From: an uncultured Thiomicrospira sp.
Lineage (GTDB): Bacteria > Pseudomonadota > Gammaproteobacteria > CAKMZV01
Direction: 5' to 3'
Length of the DNA stretch: 64,000 nt
NCBI GenBank assembly: GCA_965195345.1
Contig: OZ239628.1
Coordinates: 96,001 to 160,000, forward strand
The translations under genes were made by a program, and so were the position numbers. The notes beneath the pieces are model-generated. The model ran no database searches. It was given only the letters and a program-made list of their open reading frames with translations, and was not told the origin of the DNA. Positions 1 through 9,974 of this stretch are shown here, one piece after another. Numbering within the stretch: the first letter of the stretch is position 1; each line of letters opens with the position of its first letter.

Positions 1-1066
1 GAACAGTTACGGCACCTACTGCGTCATCAATGCCCCATTTTTCTAATAAATCAGCAGCAGGTTTCAATAAAATACCAGCCGAGAAAGAAATAATGAATAC
101 ATGCGATGGGAAGTAAATGTCTAATCCCGATGCAACCGATATGATACCAGCCAGAGCACCAGACATCATCCAGAATGGATCTTTAGTTAGAATCCATGCG
201 CCAATTATTCCACCAGACACCGCCATTACAATATTGAAAGCGAGTGATGACAATGTAATTGGTGTGCCATAGATTGTTGCTGCTTTATCTGCGAACCAAC
301 TCCAAGCTTCACCCGGAACGATGATACACGCCATAAGAAAGCCAAAAAAGCCAACAATGATAAGCATTAAACCTACTACTGTAAGTGGCATGTTATGTCC
401 AGGGAGATGGTTAGCTGAACCATCAGCATTGAATTTTCCAACACGTGGACCTAAAGGAATCAACACTCCAAGTGCAAAAAATCCAGCAACAGCATGCACT
501 AAGCCAGCCGCTCCAAAATCATGAACTCCGAACTTTGTAACCAACCATCCGTCAGCGTGCCATCCCCAAGCCGCAGCCACTACCCAAGCAAACGATCCCA
601 ATACGATAGCACAAATGACAAAACCAGTTGTTTGAATTCTTTCAATCACGGCTCCTGACATTATTGATGCTGTCGTTGCGGCAAATAAAGCGAATGCACC
701 CCAGAAAACACCTGAAGCAGTATCTGCGATATTTGGTCCCATGTACTGAGCGGACTCACCCCAAGCTAAAGCAATAGAGCTTGCATAGGCTGCTCCCGAG
801 ATTCCTGCCGCACCTTCTGAAAAAGTAAGACCTGTAGGAAATGCCCAATATACCCACCAGCCGAAAAAGTAAAAAGTAACAATCACAAAAGCGAATGCCA
901 ATAAATTTTTAATACCTGAAGATAATACATTTTTAACACGCGTAGCGCCCATTTCATAGGCTAAAAACCCTGCATGTATTATCATCATTAAAGGTATCGT
1001 TAAGTAGTAGTACGTTTCAGCAAACATCCTGTTCGTAGTTTTTGCTAAAAGCATTAATTCTTCCAT
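1..1066 (-). CDS. amt: Amt-family ammonium/methylammonium transporter (3' end runs off the window; missing from ORF track)
   Basis: Manual translation from ATG at 1066 (GGAGA RBS upstream): MEELMLLAKT...IHAGFLAYEMGATRVKN...FAATTASIMSGAVIER...HDFGAAGLVHAVAG...PGHNMPL...GIDDAVGAVTV; Amt signature segments. Confidence 0.9.
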   Translation of the reverse strand, partial: MEELMLLAKTTNRMFAETYYYLTIPLMMIIHAGFLAYEMGATRVKNVLSSGIKNLLAFAFVIVTFYFFGWWVYWAFPTGLTFSEGAAGISGAAYASSIALAWGESAQYMGPNIADTASGVFWGAFALFAATTASIMSGAVIERIQTTGFVICAIVLGSFAWVVAAAWGWHADGWLVTKFGVHDFGAAGLVHAVAGFFALGVLIPLGPRVGKFNADGSANHLPGHNMPLTVVGLMLIIVGFFGFLMACIIVPGEAWSWFADKAATIYGTPITLSSLAFNIVMAVSGGIIGAWILTKDPFWMMSGALAGIISVASGLDIYFPSHVFIISFSAGILLKPAADLLEKWGIDDAVGAVTV

Positions 1067-1544
1067 AGTCTCTCCTTTTTGATAACTACATATGATATTT
1101 AAGGTGGATACACTTACCCCACCATCTAAAAACCATTATGCCTTTAATCTAAAAAAAATGCAAATTGAAATATTCACCAAACAAATAAGTAGGTATTTAA
1201 ATACTTTTGCCTTTGCAAGGTTCTATTGCTTATTTACTTTCCTAAAGCGGCCCTCTAAAACAAAAGGCAGAAATAATTATTTATGAAATAATAATTTCAA
1301 AAAAGGCTTCTGCAGAAATCATTGCTCATCGAAATAAGGAAAACTTATTATATATATAAATAAAACAAATATTTAATGGCATACTAACAACCATCTAAAA
1401 ACTTTTATCTATAATTAAGTACAACACCCTTCTAAATAACTTATTTTATGATAAAGTGGTTAGCTTGGATTTTATTGGTACATCTCAAATGCGCGCTAGA
1501 TACAACAGATTACTTGCCAGTCAATTACAGGTGCAATAACCACC

Positions 1545-3842
1545 ATGATTGACTTTTCTCAAACAAACGAAAAGCGCTTAAGCGAGAGAAAAATGCTCAT
1601 TGGTGGGCAAGTTCGTTTGTTTTTTCTCGGCGAAGGCGACTCCATTGAAATAATTGATGTAGAAGGATCACAACCGTGCTCTATTTTCGCATTCAAAGAT
1701 AATGAATCTTCTTTGAACGCCCTATCTCTTCAACCAACAAAAGAATCTATTTTTGACATTGAAGGAGATCATGCGGCAGCATTTGAGGCGCTTTCAAGCA
1801 CGCAATCTATAGACGTTAAATTGCTTGAAGAGTCGGCTTTCTTCAACAAAAAAACATCTGCAAATAGCAGAAAAGTTTTAATTGCCAAGTGGGCTGTTCA
1901 GTGCATTCTTGTAGCGGCTGGAAAGTCGATGAGCGTGAGTGAAAGTGACCCTCCAACGGGTATAGAAACACGTATATTCCGCACCGATGAAAACAGAATG
2001 CTAAGTCCTGAAGTACCCGAACCACTTGCCCAACCATTAGTTGACGTACGCATTGAAAGTGCAACAGCACACGCTTATAAAGTCAAAGCTGGGCAATACA
2101 TTCAAATAATAGACGTCGAAGGACAACAATGCGCTGATTTTCAAGCATTCGCGCAAAGTGATGTGAATAACGGAAACGATTTTGCAATAGATCCAACCGT
2201 AACACGCACTTTTATGGGTTCATGTTACCCGCATCCAGGTTTATTTAACAAATTCTACAATGCAAATTCTGTGCCTTTAGCCGAAATCATTCAAGACACT
2301 GTAGGCAGACACGACACATTTGGTCTTGCTTGCAATGCGAAGTATTATGAAGACATGGGCTATCCAGGCCATGCAAACTGTACCGACAATTTCAATAACG
2401 TGCTGGCAAAGATGAACGTTCCTAGTCGTCGAAATTGGGCAACAATAAATTTATTTTTCAATACCAACGTAACCGATCAATCGAGCATTGAGGCGGACGA
2501 ATCTTGGTCTCGACCTGGCGATTTTATTTTGATAAGAGCCCTTACCGACCTTGTTTGTGTTACCTCAGCGTGTCCAGATGATATTGACCCTGCCAACGGG
2601 TGGAATCCCACCGACATTCATTTGCGCGTTTATTCTGAAGAAAATAATTTTGCTCCAGCTACTGTATTTAGATCAACTCCCGACGCTATTCCTACCATGA
2701 CAAAACCTACCGCTTTCCACGAAGAATTTTCCAAGTACACAAGGAACTTTTCAGAATATAACGGATATTGGCTAGCACAAGACTTTACAAACTACGGTGC
2801 TATTAAAGAGTATTGGGCATGCAGAGAGCGGGTTGCAGTAATGGATTTATCACCGTTGAGAAAATTTGAAATTTTCGGACAAGATGCCGAAGAATTGATG
2901 CAATACGCTATTACCCGCAACGTTAAAAAACTTGCCGTTGGGCAAGTCGTCTATTCGGCAATTTGCTATGAGAACGGCGGAATGATTGATGATGGCACGC
3001 TGTTTCGACTAGATGAAAATAACTTCCGCTGGGTTTGTGGCAATGACTATTCTGGCATTTGGATGCGTCAGCTGGCAAAAGAAAAAGGCTTAAAAACATG
3101 GGTGAAAACATCCACCGATCAACTGCATAACCTTGCCGTACAAGGACCAAATAGTCGCGATCTATTGAAAGAAATCATTTGGACGCCGAGCACACGAACA
3201 AAAATAGAAGAACTTGCATGGTTTCATTTTAGTGTTGGCCGTATTGGAGGCGAGCAAGGCATACCTATCATGGTTTCTCGTACTGGTTATACTGGCGAAC
3301 TTGGATACGAGATCTGGTGCCATCCTACACACGCCTCCAATGTCTGGCAAGCCATTTGGCACGCAGGACAAGCGTTTGATATTGCACCTCTCGGATTGAA
3401 TGCCTTGGATATGTTGCGCATTGAGGCTGGACTTATTTTTGCAGGGTATGAGTTTTGTGATCAAACCAACCCTTTTGAAGCAGGTATTGGTTTTTGTGTC
3501 CCATTAAAAACAAAAGAAGATGACTTTATTGGTAAAGATGCTTTGATGCAACGCAAGGAGCACGCCGAACGGAAATTAGTTGGATTAGAGTTAGAAGGTA
3601 ATGAAGTTGCTCAGCACGGTGAGGGGGTTTATATAGGTCGCCAACAGATTGGAATCATTACCAGTGGCACACGCTCACCAATTTTACGGAAAAATATTGC
3701 TTTGTGCAAAATCGACATTCTATCAAGTGAAACGGGAACGCATGTTGAGGTTGGGAAGTTAGATGGTCATCAAAAACGTCTTGGGGCTATTGTTTGCCCA
3801 TTCCCATTTTATGATCCTCAAAAATTGAAAGTTAGAGCATGA
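1545..3842 (+). CDS. tdm: Trimethylamine N-oxide demethylase (DUF1989 domain + GcvT-like aminomethyltransferase domain)
   Basis: DUF1989 motifs (DVEGQQCADF, RHDTFGLAC, GHANCTDN, SACPDDIDPANGWNPTDI) fused to a GcvT folate-binding domain (DLSPLRKFE, SRTGYTGELGYE, LRIEAG, PFYDP); adjacent to TMAO transporter-like genes. Confidence 0.9.
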   Translation: MIDFSQTNEKRLSERKMLIGGQVRLFFLGEGDSIEIIDVEGSQPCSIFAFKDNESSLNALSLQPTKESIFDIEGDHAAAFEALSSTQSIDVKLLEESAFFNKKTSANSRKVLIAKWAVQCILVAAGKSMSVSESDPPTGIETRIFRTDENRMLSPEVPEPLAQPLVDVRIESATAHAYKVKAGQYIQIIDVEGQQCADFQAFAQSDVNNGNDFAIDPTVTRTFMGSCYPHPGLFNKFYNANSVPLAEIIQDTVGRHDTFGLACNAKYYEDMGYPGHANCTDNFNNVLAKMNVPSRRNWATINLFFNTNVTDQSSIEADESWSRPGDFILIRALTDLVCVTSACPDDIDPANGWNPTDIHLRVYSEENNFAPATVFRSTPDAIPTMTKPTAFHEEFSKYTRNFSEYNGYWLAQDFTNYGAIKEYWACRERVAVMDLSPLRKFEIFGQDAEELMQYAITRNVKKLAVGQVVYSAICYENGGMIDDGTLFRLDENNFRWVCGNDYSGIWMRQLAKEKGLKTWVKTSTDQLHNLAVQGPNSRDLLKEIIWTPSTRTKIEELAWFHFSVGRIGGEQGIPIMVSRTGYTGELGYEIWCHPTHASNVWQAIWHAGQAFDIAPLGLNALDMLRIEAGLIFAGYEFCDQTNPFEAGIGFCVPLKTKEDDFIGKDALMQRKEHAERKLVGLELEGNEVAQHGEGVYIGRQQIGIITSGTRSPILRKNIALCKIDILSSETGTHVEVGKLDGHQKRLGAIVCPFPFYDPQKLKVRA

Positions 3843-4060
3843 GAGCACAATCAATGATAACTTTGGCGAAAGGGGATAAAAGTTTTAAGCGATGCTTGAA
3901 AATTGCATGAAACCATGGGGTTATGCAATGATATTGCCAGAAATGGCAATGAAATAAACCATTTGGAATTATTTCGGTAATGTTTATTTGTAAATTCATA
4001 ATTCTATGAATTTACAGGTTATACCAAAATAATTCTAAAACTAAAAGAAGGAGATAAGCA

Positions 4061-5008
4061 ATGAAAAATATTTTTTCAAAACTTTTTACAGCACTCTTTT
4101 GTGCTGCAGCGTTAGGATTTTCGGGAATATCTTTAGCTAAGGATTCCTCAAGTCCTATTATCATTCCAACGCATAACTGGTCAAGTCAGATCGTTATGTC
4201 GCATGTTGTCGGCAAACTTTTTGAAAAAATTGGCGATAACGTTGAGTACAAACCAGCAGACAGTCAAGCGGTCTACGAATCAATTCGAAGAGGAGACGTG
4301 ACCATTTCTGTTGAAGTTTGGAAATCAACATTCGGCAATGCTTTTTATGCGGCCATGAAGAAAGGCGGAGTAATTGACGCTGGAACGCATGCTGCTGAAA
4401 CACGTGAAGAATGGTGGTATCCAGCTTATGTCGCAGATCTTTGTCCTGGATTGCCTGACTGGAAAGCACTGGATGCTTGTGCTGCTAAATTCGCCACTCC
4501 AGATACAGCTCCTAAAGGGCGCTATCTTGATGGACCTTTAGATTGGCATGGACAAGAAACGCTTGACCGTATTAAGGCGCTTGACATGAACTTTAAGGCA
4601 GTTTTTGCAGGTTCTGCTGCGGCTTTATGGGCTGAATTAGAATCAGCCAAAAAATCCAATCGTCCTGTTGTAGTCTTCAACTGGTCACCAAACTTCACTG
4701 ATGCACTCTATGGTGGTGATTTTGTTAAGTTCCCTGATTACTATGATGGTTGTAAATTATCTGACGGCGGTGATGGAAAGTGTGGAAGCCCTCCAGCGGC
4801 TTGGCTGAAAAAAGCGGCAAACTATCAAATGCCTAAAAAATGGCCTGCTGCTTATTCGCTGTTCTCTCTTGTTAGCTTCAACAACTTGCAAATTGCCACC
4901 ATGGCAAAATTGGTCGATGTTGATGGTCTAAGTCATGCTAAAGCGGCTGATAAATGGCTCGCTGATAACAAAAGCACTTGGAAACCATGGGTAGACGCGG
5001 TTAAATAA
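4061..5008 (+). CDS. tmoX: ABC transporter substrate-binding protein, ProX/OpuAC family, probably TMAO-binding
   Basis: Signal peptide; HNWSSQIVMS, EVW, REEWWYP, CPGLPDW, FNWSPNF motifs typical of TmoX-like proteins; context next to tdm. Confidence 0.8.
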   Translation: MKNIFSKLFTALFCAAALGFSGISLAKDSSSPIIIPTHNWSSQIVMSHVVGKLFEKIGDNVEYKPADSQAVYESIRRGDVTISVEVWKSTFGNAFYAAMKKGGVIDAGTHAAETREEWWYPAYVADLCPGLPDWKALDACAAKFATPDTAPKGRYLDGPLDWHGQETLDRIKALDMNFKAVFAGSAAALWAELESAKKSNRPVVVFNWSPNFTDALYGGDFVKFPDYYDGCKLSDGGDGKCGSPPAAWLKKAANYQMPKKWPAAYSLFSLVSFNNLQIATMAKLVDVDGLSHAKAADKWLADNKSTWKPWVDAVK

Positions 5009-5015
5009 CCCAATC

Positions 5016-5054
5016 AAAGAGCGCTTGCGATGAACTGCAAGCGCTCTTTTTTTT
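5016..5054 (+). terminator. Intrinsic terminator / stabilising hairpin after the binding-protein gene
   Basis: AAAGAGCGCTTGC-loop-GCAAGCGCTCTTT followed by a T run. Confidence 0.85.
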
Positions 5055-5082
5055 AATTTTTAATATTTAAATTGCATAAAAA

Positions 5083-6132
5083 TTGGAGAAAATCTTGAAT
5101 CCTCAATCTTCAACTGCCGTTATTGAGTGTCAATCGGTATACAAAATTTTTGGTGAAAATGCCAAAAAGTTGCTTGAGCAATCCAACGGCTCTTCAATCG
5201 AGGATGTTTTAAAAAAGACAGACTGTGTCATTGGTGTCGATAATGTTTCTTTTCAAGTTTTTAATGGAGAAATCCTTGTTGTTATGGGTCTTTCTGGCTC
5301 AGGAAAATCAACATTAATTCGTTGTATTACACGCCTCATTGACCCCACCGCAGGAAAAGTCTTTATTGATGGCGAAAATATTCTTGACATGGACGACAAA
5401 AAACTCATTGAAATACGCCGTCACAAAATGGGAATGGTATTTCAAAATTTTGCACTACTACCACATAAAACAGTGCTCGAAAATATTGCTTTTCCTTTAC
5501 AAGTTCGTGGCATACCCAACGCTGATAGTTTCAAGCGTGCGCAAGAGATGATCGAACTGGTTAGTTTACAGGGTCGAGAGAATAGCTTCCCTCGGGAATT
5601 ATCGGGAGGTCAACAACAACGTGTCGGGATAGCGCGCTCGCTTGCGGCAGAGCCTGATATTTGGTTTTTAGATGAACCCTTCTCCGCACTTGATCCACTT
5701 ATTCGTCAAGAAATGCAAGATGAGTTTTTACGCTTGCAAAAAATGTTGAAAAAAACCATCGTATTCATTACCCATGACTTTCAGGAAGCGCTTCGACTTG
5801 CTGATCGTATTGCCATTATGTATCATGGACGTATTGAACAAATTGATACACCTGCCAATATTGTTTTAAATCCAGCAACTGAATACGTTCGCAAATTCAC
5901 TCAAAGCGTACCTCGTGAACAAGTTCTTAAGACAAGCGATGTTATGGAGAAGCTGGATAGCACCGCCGATTTTTCAGACGCAAGCGTTCAAGCTAATGTA
6001 ATTATTGAGTCGGTTGCTCATCAAATCCTTTCTTCAACCAAAGCCGTTAAAGTTATCGATCAAGGCGAAGTAGTTGGAATGCTTAATCCACGTAACATAT
6101 TACAAGTTCTTTTCGATAAGTCCAATCATTAA
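5083..6132 (+). CDS. tmoW: Quaternary-amine/TMAO ABC transporter ATP-binding subunit (ProV family)
   Basis: Walker [34 protein letters not shown]; TTG start. Confidence 0.85.
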   Translation: MEKILNPQSSTAVIECQSVYKIFGENAKKLLEQSNGSSIEDVLKKTDCVIGVDNVSFQVFNGEILVVMGLSGSGKSTLIRCITRLIDPTAGKVFIDGENILDMDDKKLIEIRRHKMGMVFQNFALLPHKTVLENIAFPLQVRGIPNADSFKRAQEMIELVSLQGRENSFPRELSGGQQQRVGIARSLAAEPDIWFLDEPFSALDPLIRQEMQDEFLRLQKMLKKTIVFITHDFQEALRLADRIAIMYHGRIEQIDTPANIVLNPATEYVRKFTQSVPREQVLKTSDVMEKLDSTADFSDASVQANVIIESVAHQILSSTKAVKVIDQGEVVGMLNPRNILQVLFDKSNH

Positions 6133-6133
6133 T

Positions 6134-8116
6134 ATGTCAAAACTACTAATGCATAGAGGAATTCAGTTTGGAATATTACTTATTGCTTTTTTCACCCTGC
6201 TATTAAGTTCTAATCTACTCCCTGAGTGGGCGCGTCTATATCCGCATGCCTTGATAATTCCTTTTGCAGATTGGATTAATGCCTCAATGATATTTTTACA
6301 GGATGACTTTTGGACGTTCATTGTTGTTGATGAGGATGATTTTGAAGAAGAGACAACTGCGGTTATGTTTGCTTCTCGAAGTCTATCAGACTCAATCCAA
6401 TTTGCTATAGATATCTTCCGCAATTTATTACTTGGAGGCAATAAAGGGCTCGGGCTTCCCGCCATTCCATGGGTTGCCTTGGCAGCAGCTGCTTTCATCG
6501 CCGGATACGCCCTTAAAGGATGGCGATTGTCTTTGCTCGCTGGGCTAAGTGTTATTTACCTTGCAATTATGGGTCAATGGTACGAATCGATGCGTACACT
6601 TTCACTGTTGTTTGTCGCAGTACCTTTGTCCATTTCTATTGGTTTATTTTTTGGTATCGTCGCCTATAAAAATAAATCGTTTGAACTAACACTAGCTCCA
6701 TTGCTTAACATTGCCCAATCGTTACCGCATTTTTCATACCTCATTCCAGTGGTTGTTTTTTTTGGCATAGGTGATCACGCTGGAGCGATCGCTACCATTG
6801 TTTTTGCAACGCCTCCGATGATTCGCTTAACTTTGCTTGGCTTGAAAAAAGTGTCTCCTGAAGTCGTTGAGGCTGGTGTGATGAACGGGTGCAACAATAA
6901 ACAATTATTATTTAAAGTATTAATCCCCTCCGCCCGTCACGACATTATGATTGGCGTAAATCAAGTGATCATGTCATGCCTCGCTATGGTTGTTATAGCC
7001 TCTTTTATTGGTGCATCGGGGCTTGGCTATAGCCTATTAGTAATGCTCAACGGTTTGAAAATAGGAAAAGCGTTTGAATTCGGGGTTTCCATCGTGCTAA
7101 TCGCAATTGTGCTTGATCGTCTATCGTTAGCATGGGCGGAACATCAACGCGATTACTTGGCGAATCTTCCTTTTCATAAACGTTATCGCTTTTGGATATA
7201 TCTATTAACCGCTCTGATAGTTAGCATTGTACTGTCTTCATTCTTCCCAATTCTTTACTTGGTTCCAGAAGAGCTCGCGCTAACCACAGCTCCTTTTTGG
7301 GATGCTATTGTTGATTGGATCATTACGAACTGGTCGGATACGTTGCAAGTTTTTCGAACGTTTATGCTCGTAGAGATTCTTATCCCTATGCGCAATGCAT
7401 TCATTGCTATTCCTACCGTTGCTTTGTTGCTTTTAGTCTCTGGAGTAGGATATCTGCTCGGTGGGATACGTTCAGCGATTATTGTCTTTTTATTCATAGC
7501 TTTTATCGCCGTTACTGGTTGGTGGGAAAAAGCGATGATAACCCTCTACATGACAACATTCTCTGTAATCGCATCGGTAATCATCGGGCTAAATGTTGGC
7601 ATTTGGGCATCAAGAAAAACGGGTCGCGCCAAATTCATGCTTTTGATCTGTGATACTTTTCAAACTTTCCCATCATTCATTTACCTCATCCCAGTAATAA
7701 TGCTTTTTCAAGTCAATGATGTGTCAGTTATCACTGCTGTGATTATTTACGCAACCATTCCTGTAACACGCTATACCATTGAAGGATTAATGAGCGTGCC
7801 TCAATCACTACAAGAAGCAGCAACGATGTCTGGTGTTAACAAGATTCAACGATTGTTGGGTGTTGAATTGCCTATTGCATTTCCACACATAATGATCGGG
7901 GTAAATCAAACAGTTCTTTTCGCACTGTTTATGGTTATTATCGGTGCTTTTATTGGCACCCAAGATTTGGGGCAAGTCATTATGCAATCTTTATCTGAAA
8001 GCAATATGGGTAAAGGTCTTGTATTAGGTCTATGCGTTGCGTTCATAGGGCTTACAATTGATCATTTAATCAATCAATGGGCTGTTAAACGCAAACGAGA
8101 GCTGGGAATTAGTTGA
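6134..8116 (+). CDS. tmoV: ABC transporter permease with two fused ProW-type domains
   Basis: Hydrophobic; two EAA loops (EVVEAGVMNG, LQEAATMSG) and duplicated GVNQ motifs; probable ATG at 6134. Confidence 0.85.
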   Translation: MSKLLMHRGIQFGILLIAFFTLLLSSNLLPEWARLYPHALIIPFADWINASMIFLQDDFWTFIVVDEDDFEEETTAVMFASRSLSDSIQFAIDIFRNLLLGGNKGLGLPAIPWVALAAAAFIAGYALKGWRLSLLAGLSVIYLAIMGQWYESMRTLSLLFVAVPLSISIGLFFGIVAYKNKSFELTLAPLLNIAQSLPHFSYLIPVVVFFGIGDHAGAIATIVFATPPMIRLTLLGLKKVSPEVVEAGVMNGCNNKQLLFKVLIPSARHDIMIGVNQVIMSCLAMVVIASFIGASGLGYSLLVMLNGLKIGKAFEFGVSIVLIAIVLDRLSLAWAEHQRDYLANLPFHKRYRFWIYLLTALIVSIVLSSFFPILYLVPEELALTTAPFWDAIVDWIITNWSDTLQVFRTFMLVEILIPMRNAFIAIPTVALLLLVSGVGYLLGGIRSAIIVFLFIAFIAVTGWWEKAMITLYMTTFSVIASVIIGLNVGIWASRKTGRAKFMLLICDTFQTFPSFIYLIPVIMLFQVNDVSVITAVIIYATIPVTRYTIEGLMSVPQSLQEAATMSGVNKIQRLLGVELPIAFPHIMIGVNQTVLFALFMVIIGAFIGTQDLGQVIMQSLSESNMGKGLVLGLCVAFIGLTIDHLINQWAVKRKRELGIS

Positions 8117-8160
8117 GAAAAAATCGAATAAACACACTAAATTAGTAAAGGAGTAAATAG

Positions 8161-9828
8161 GTGAACGATATTGAAATTGCACAACAGGCAAAACTTGTAA
8201 ACATCTCGGATGTGGCTGAAAAAATAGGCATCCCCGAAGATGCTTTGATTCCATACGGGAAAACAAAAGCTAAAATCGATTTAAAGTACGTTGATAGTTT
8301 AAAAGATAAAAAAGATGGCAAGCTGATCTTAGTCACAGCCATTTCTCCAACACCCGCAGGAGAAGGAAAAACAACCACGTCAGTCGGCTTAAATGATGGG
8401 TTGAATCGCATTGGTAAAAAATCCATCGTTTGTTTACGCGAACCCAGTCTTGGTCCTTGCTTTGGTATGAAAGGAGGTGCTGCTGGTGGTGGGTATGCAC
8501 AGGTGGTGCCAATGGAGGATATAAACTTACATTTTACTGGCGATTTTCATGCCATCGGTATTGCTCATAATCTGCTTTCAGCACTACTTGATAATCATAT
8601 TCATTGGGGTAATGAAGCAGGAATTGATTGCCGTCGTATTCCTTGGAAGCGTGTGGTAGATATGAACGATAGGGCATTGCGTAACATCACTTGTGCATTA
8701 GGTGGTCCAGGGAATGGTTTTCCACGAGAAGATGGTTTTGACATTACCGTTGCATCCGAAGTAATGGCAATCTTTTGCTTATCATCTAGCATGGAAGATT
8801 TACAAAACCGACTGAGTAAAATCGTCATCGGTTACGATCGAAATAAAAAACCCATAACCGCCGAAGCCCTTAGTGCTCCCGGTCCCATGGCTGTATTATT
8901 AAAAGAAGCTTTACAGCCCAATCTGGTGCAAACGCTTGAGCATAATCCTGCGATTATTCATGGGGGACCTTTTGCGAATATTGCCCACGGTTGTAATTCA
9001 GTTATTGCTACGACTACCGCTTTAAAAATGGCTGATTACGTGGTGACTGAAGCTGGATTTGGCGCTGACCTTGGTGCTGAAAAATTCTTTGACATTAAAT
9101 GCCGATCCGCCAACCTTAATCCAGTCGCAGTTGTGTTGGTTGCAACGGTACGAGCACTCAAAATGCATGGTGGTGTACCAAAAACAGAACTTGGTCCTGA
9201 AAATGTCAAAGCAGTACGTGCTGGTTCAACCAACCTCGCAAGACACATCGAGAACTTAAAACAATTCGGTGTTCCTGTGGTGGTTGCTATCAATCATTTT
9301 TCTCTTGATACTGAAGCGGAATTAGCCGTTATTCATGAAGTAGCAAAAGCCAACGGCGCTAAAGCAGTTAATGCAACACACTGGGCACATGGTGGTGCAG
9401 GCACTGAAGAGCTCGCAAAGGAAGTCATTAAGATCGCCGATAGTGGTGTTTCTGAGTTTGCTCCACTTTATCCAACGGACATGCCTATTTGGGAGAAAAT
9501 TAAAACCGTAGCAACACGCATCTATCGCGCTGGGGATGTGATTGCTGATAAGAAAGTACGCATGCAGATAAAGGAATTGGAAAACGAGGGATTTGGAAAT
9601 CTTCCTGTGTGTATTGCCAAAACGCAATTTAGCTTTTCAACCGACCCAAATCTTATAGGAGCTCCTACCAATCATACTATTCCCATACGAGAAGTACGCT
9701 TATCAGCGGGTGCAGGTTTTATAGTTGTAGTATGCGGTGATATTATGACAATGCCTGGGTTACCACGCGTTCCCGCGGCAAATAAAATAAAGATGAGTGC
9801 TTCTGGTCAAATTGAAGGTCTTTTTTAA
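8161..9828 (+). CDS. fhs: Formate--tetrahydrofolate ligase
   Basis: [71 protein letters not shown]. Confidence 0.97.
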   Translation: MNDIEIAQQAKLVNISDVAEKIGIPEDALIPYGKTKAKIDLKYVDSLKDKKDGKLILVTAISPTPAGEGKTTTSVGLNDGLNRIGKKSIVCLREPSLGPCFGMKGGAAGGGYAQVVPMEDINLHFTGDFHAIGIAHNLLSALLDNHIHWGNEAGIDCRRIPWKRVVDMNDRALRNITCALGGPGNGFPREDGFDITVASEVMAIFCLSSSMEDLQNRLSKIVIGYDRNKKPITAEALSAPGPMAVLLKEALQPNLVQTLEHNPAIIHGGPFANIAHGCNSVIATTTALKMADYVVTEAGFGADLGAEKFFDIKCRSANLNPVAVVLVATVRALKMHGGVPKTELGPENVKAVRAGSTNLARHIENLKQFGVPVVVAINHFSLDTEAELAVIHEVAKANGAKAVNATHWAHGGAGTEELAKEVIKIADSGVSEFAPLYPTDMPIWEKIKTVATRIYRAGDVIADKKVRMQIKELENEGFGNLPVCIAKTQFSFSTDPNLIGAPTNHTIPIREVRLSAGAGFIVVVCGDIMTMPGLPRVPAANKIKMSASGQIEGLF

Positions 9829-9974
9829 TTTAATTCTTGCATTAGCTTTTATTTGGTTTGAACATAAGTTTATTTAATAATTAAAAGTTACAGGATGCCT
9901 GAAAATAAAAAGACGTTTCCATTTTTTAAATCAAATGCTTAATTTTTTAGCAACTAACATGATGGAGATTTATT

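Noticed and set aside
321-1286. Short plus-strand ORFs 321-524 and 1092-1286, and the many antisense ORFs of 60-195 aa across the window
   Set aside because: They overlap well-supported genes on the other strand or frame, or lie in AT-rich promoter DNA, and have no recognisable motifs
1545-3842. Glycine cleavage T protein
   Set aside because: Twice the size, with an N-terminal DUF1989 domain and no gcvH/gcvP nearby
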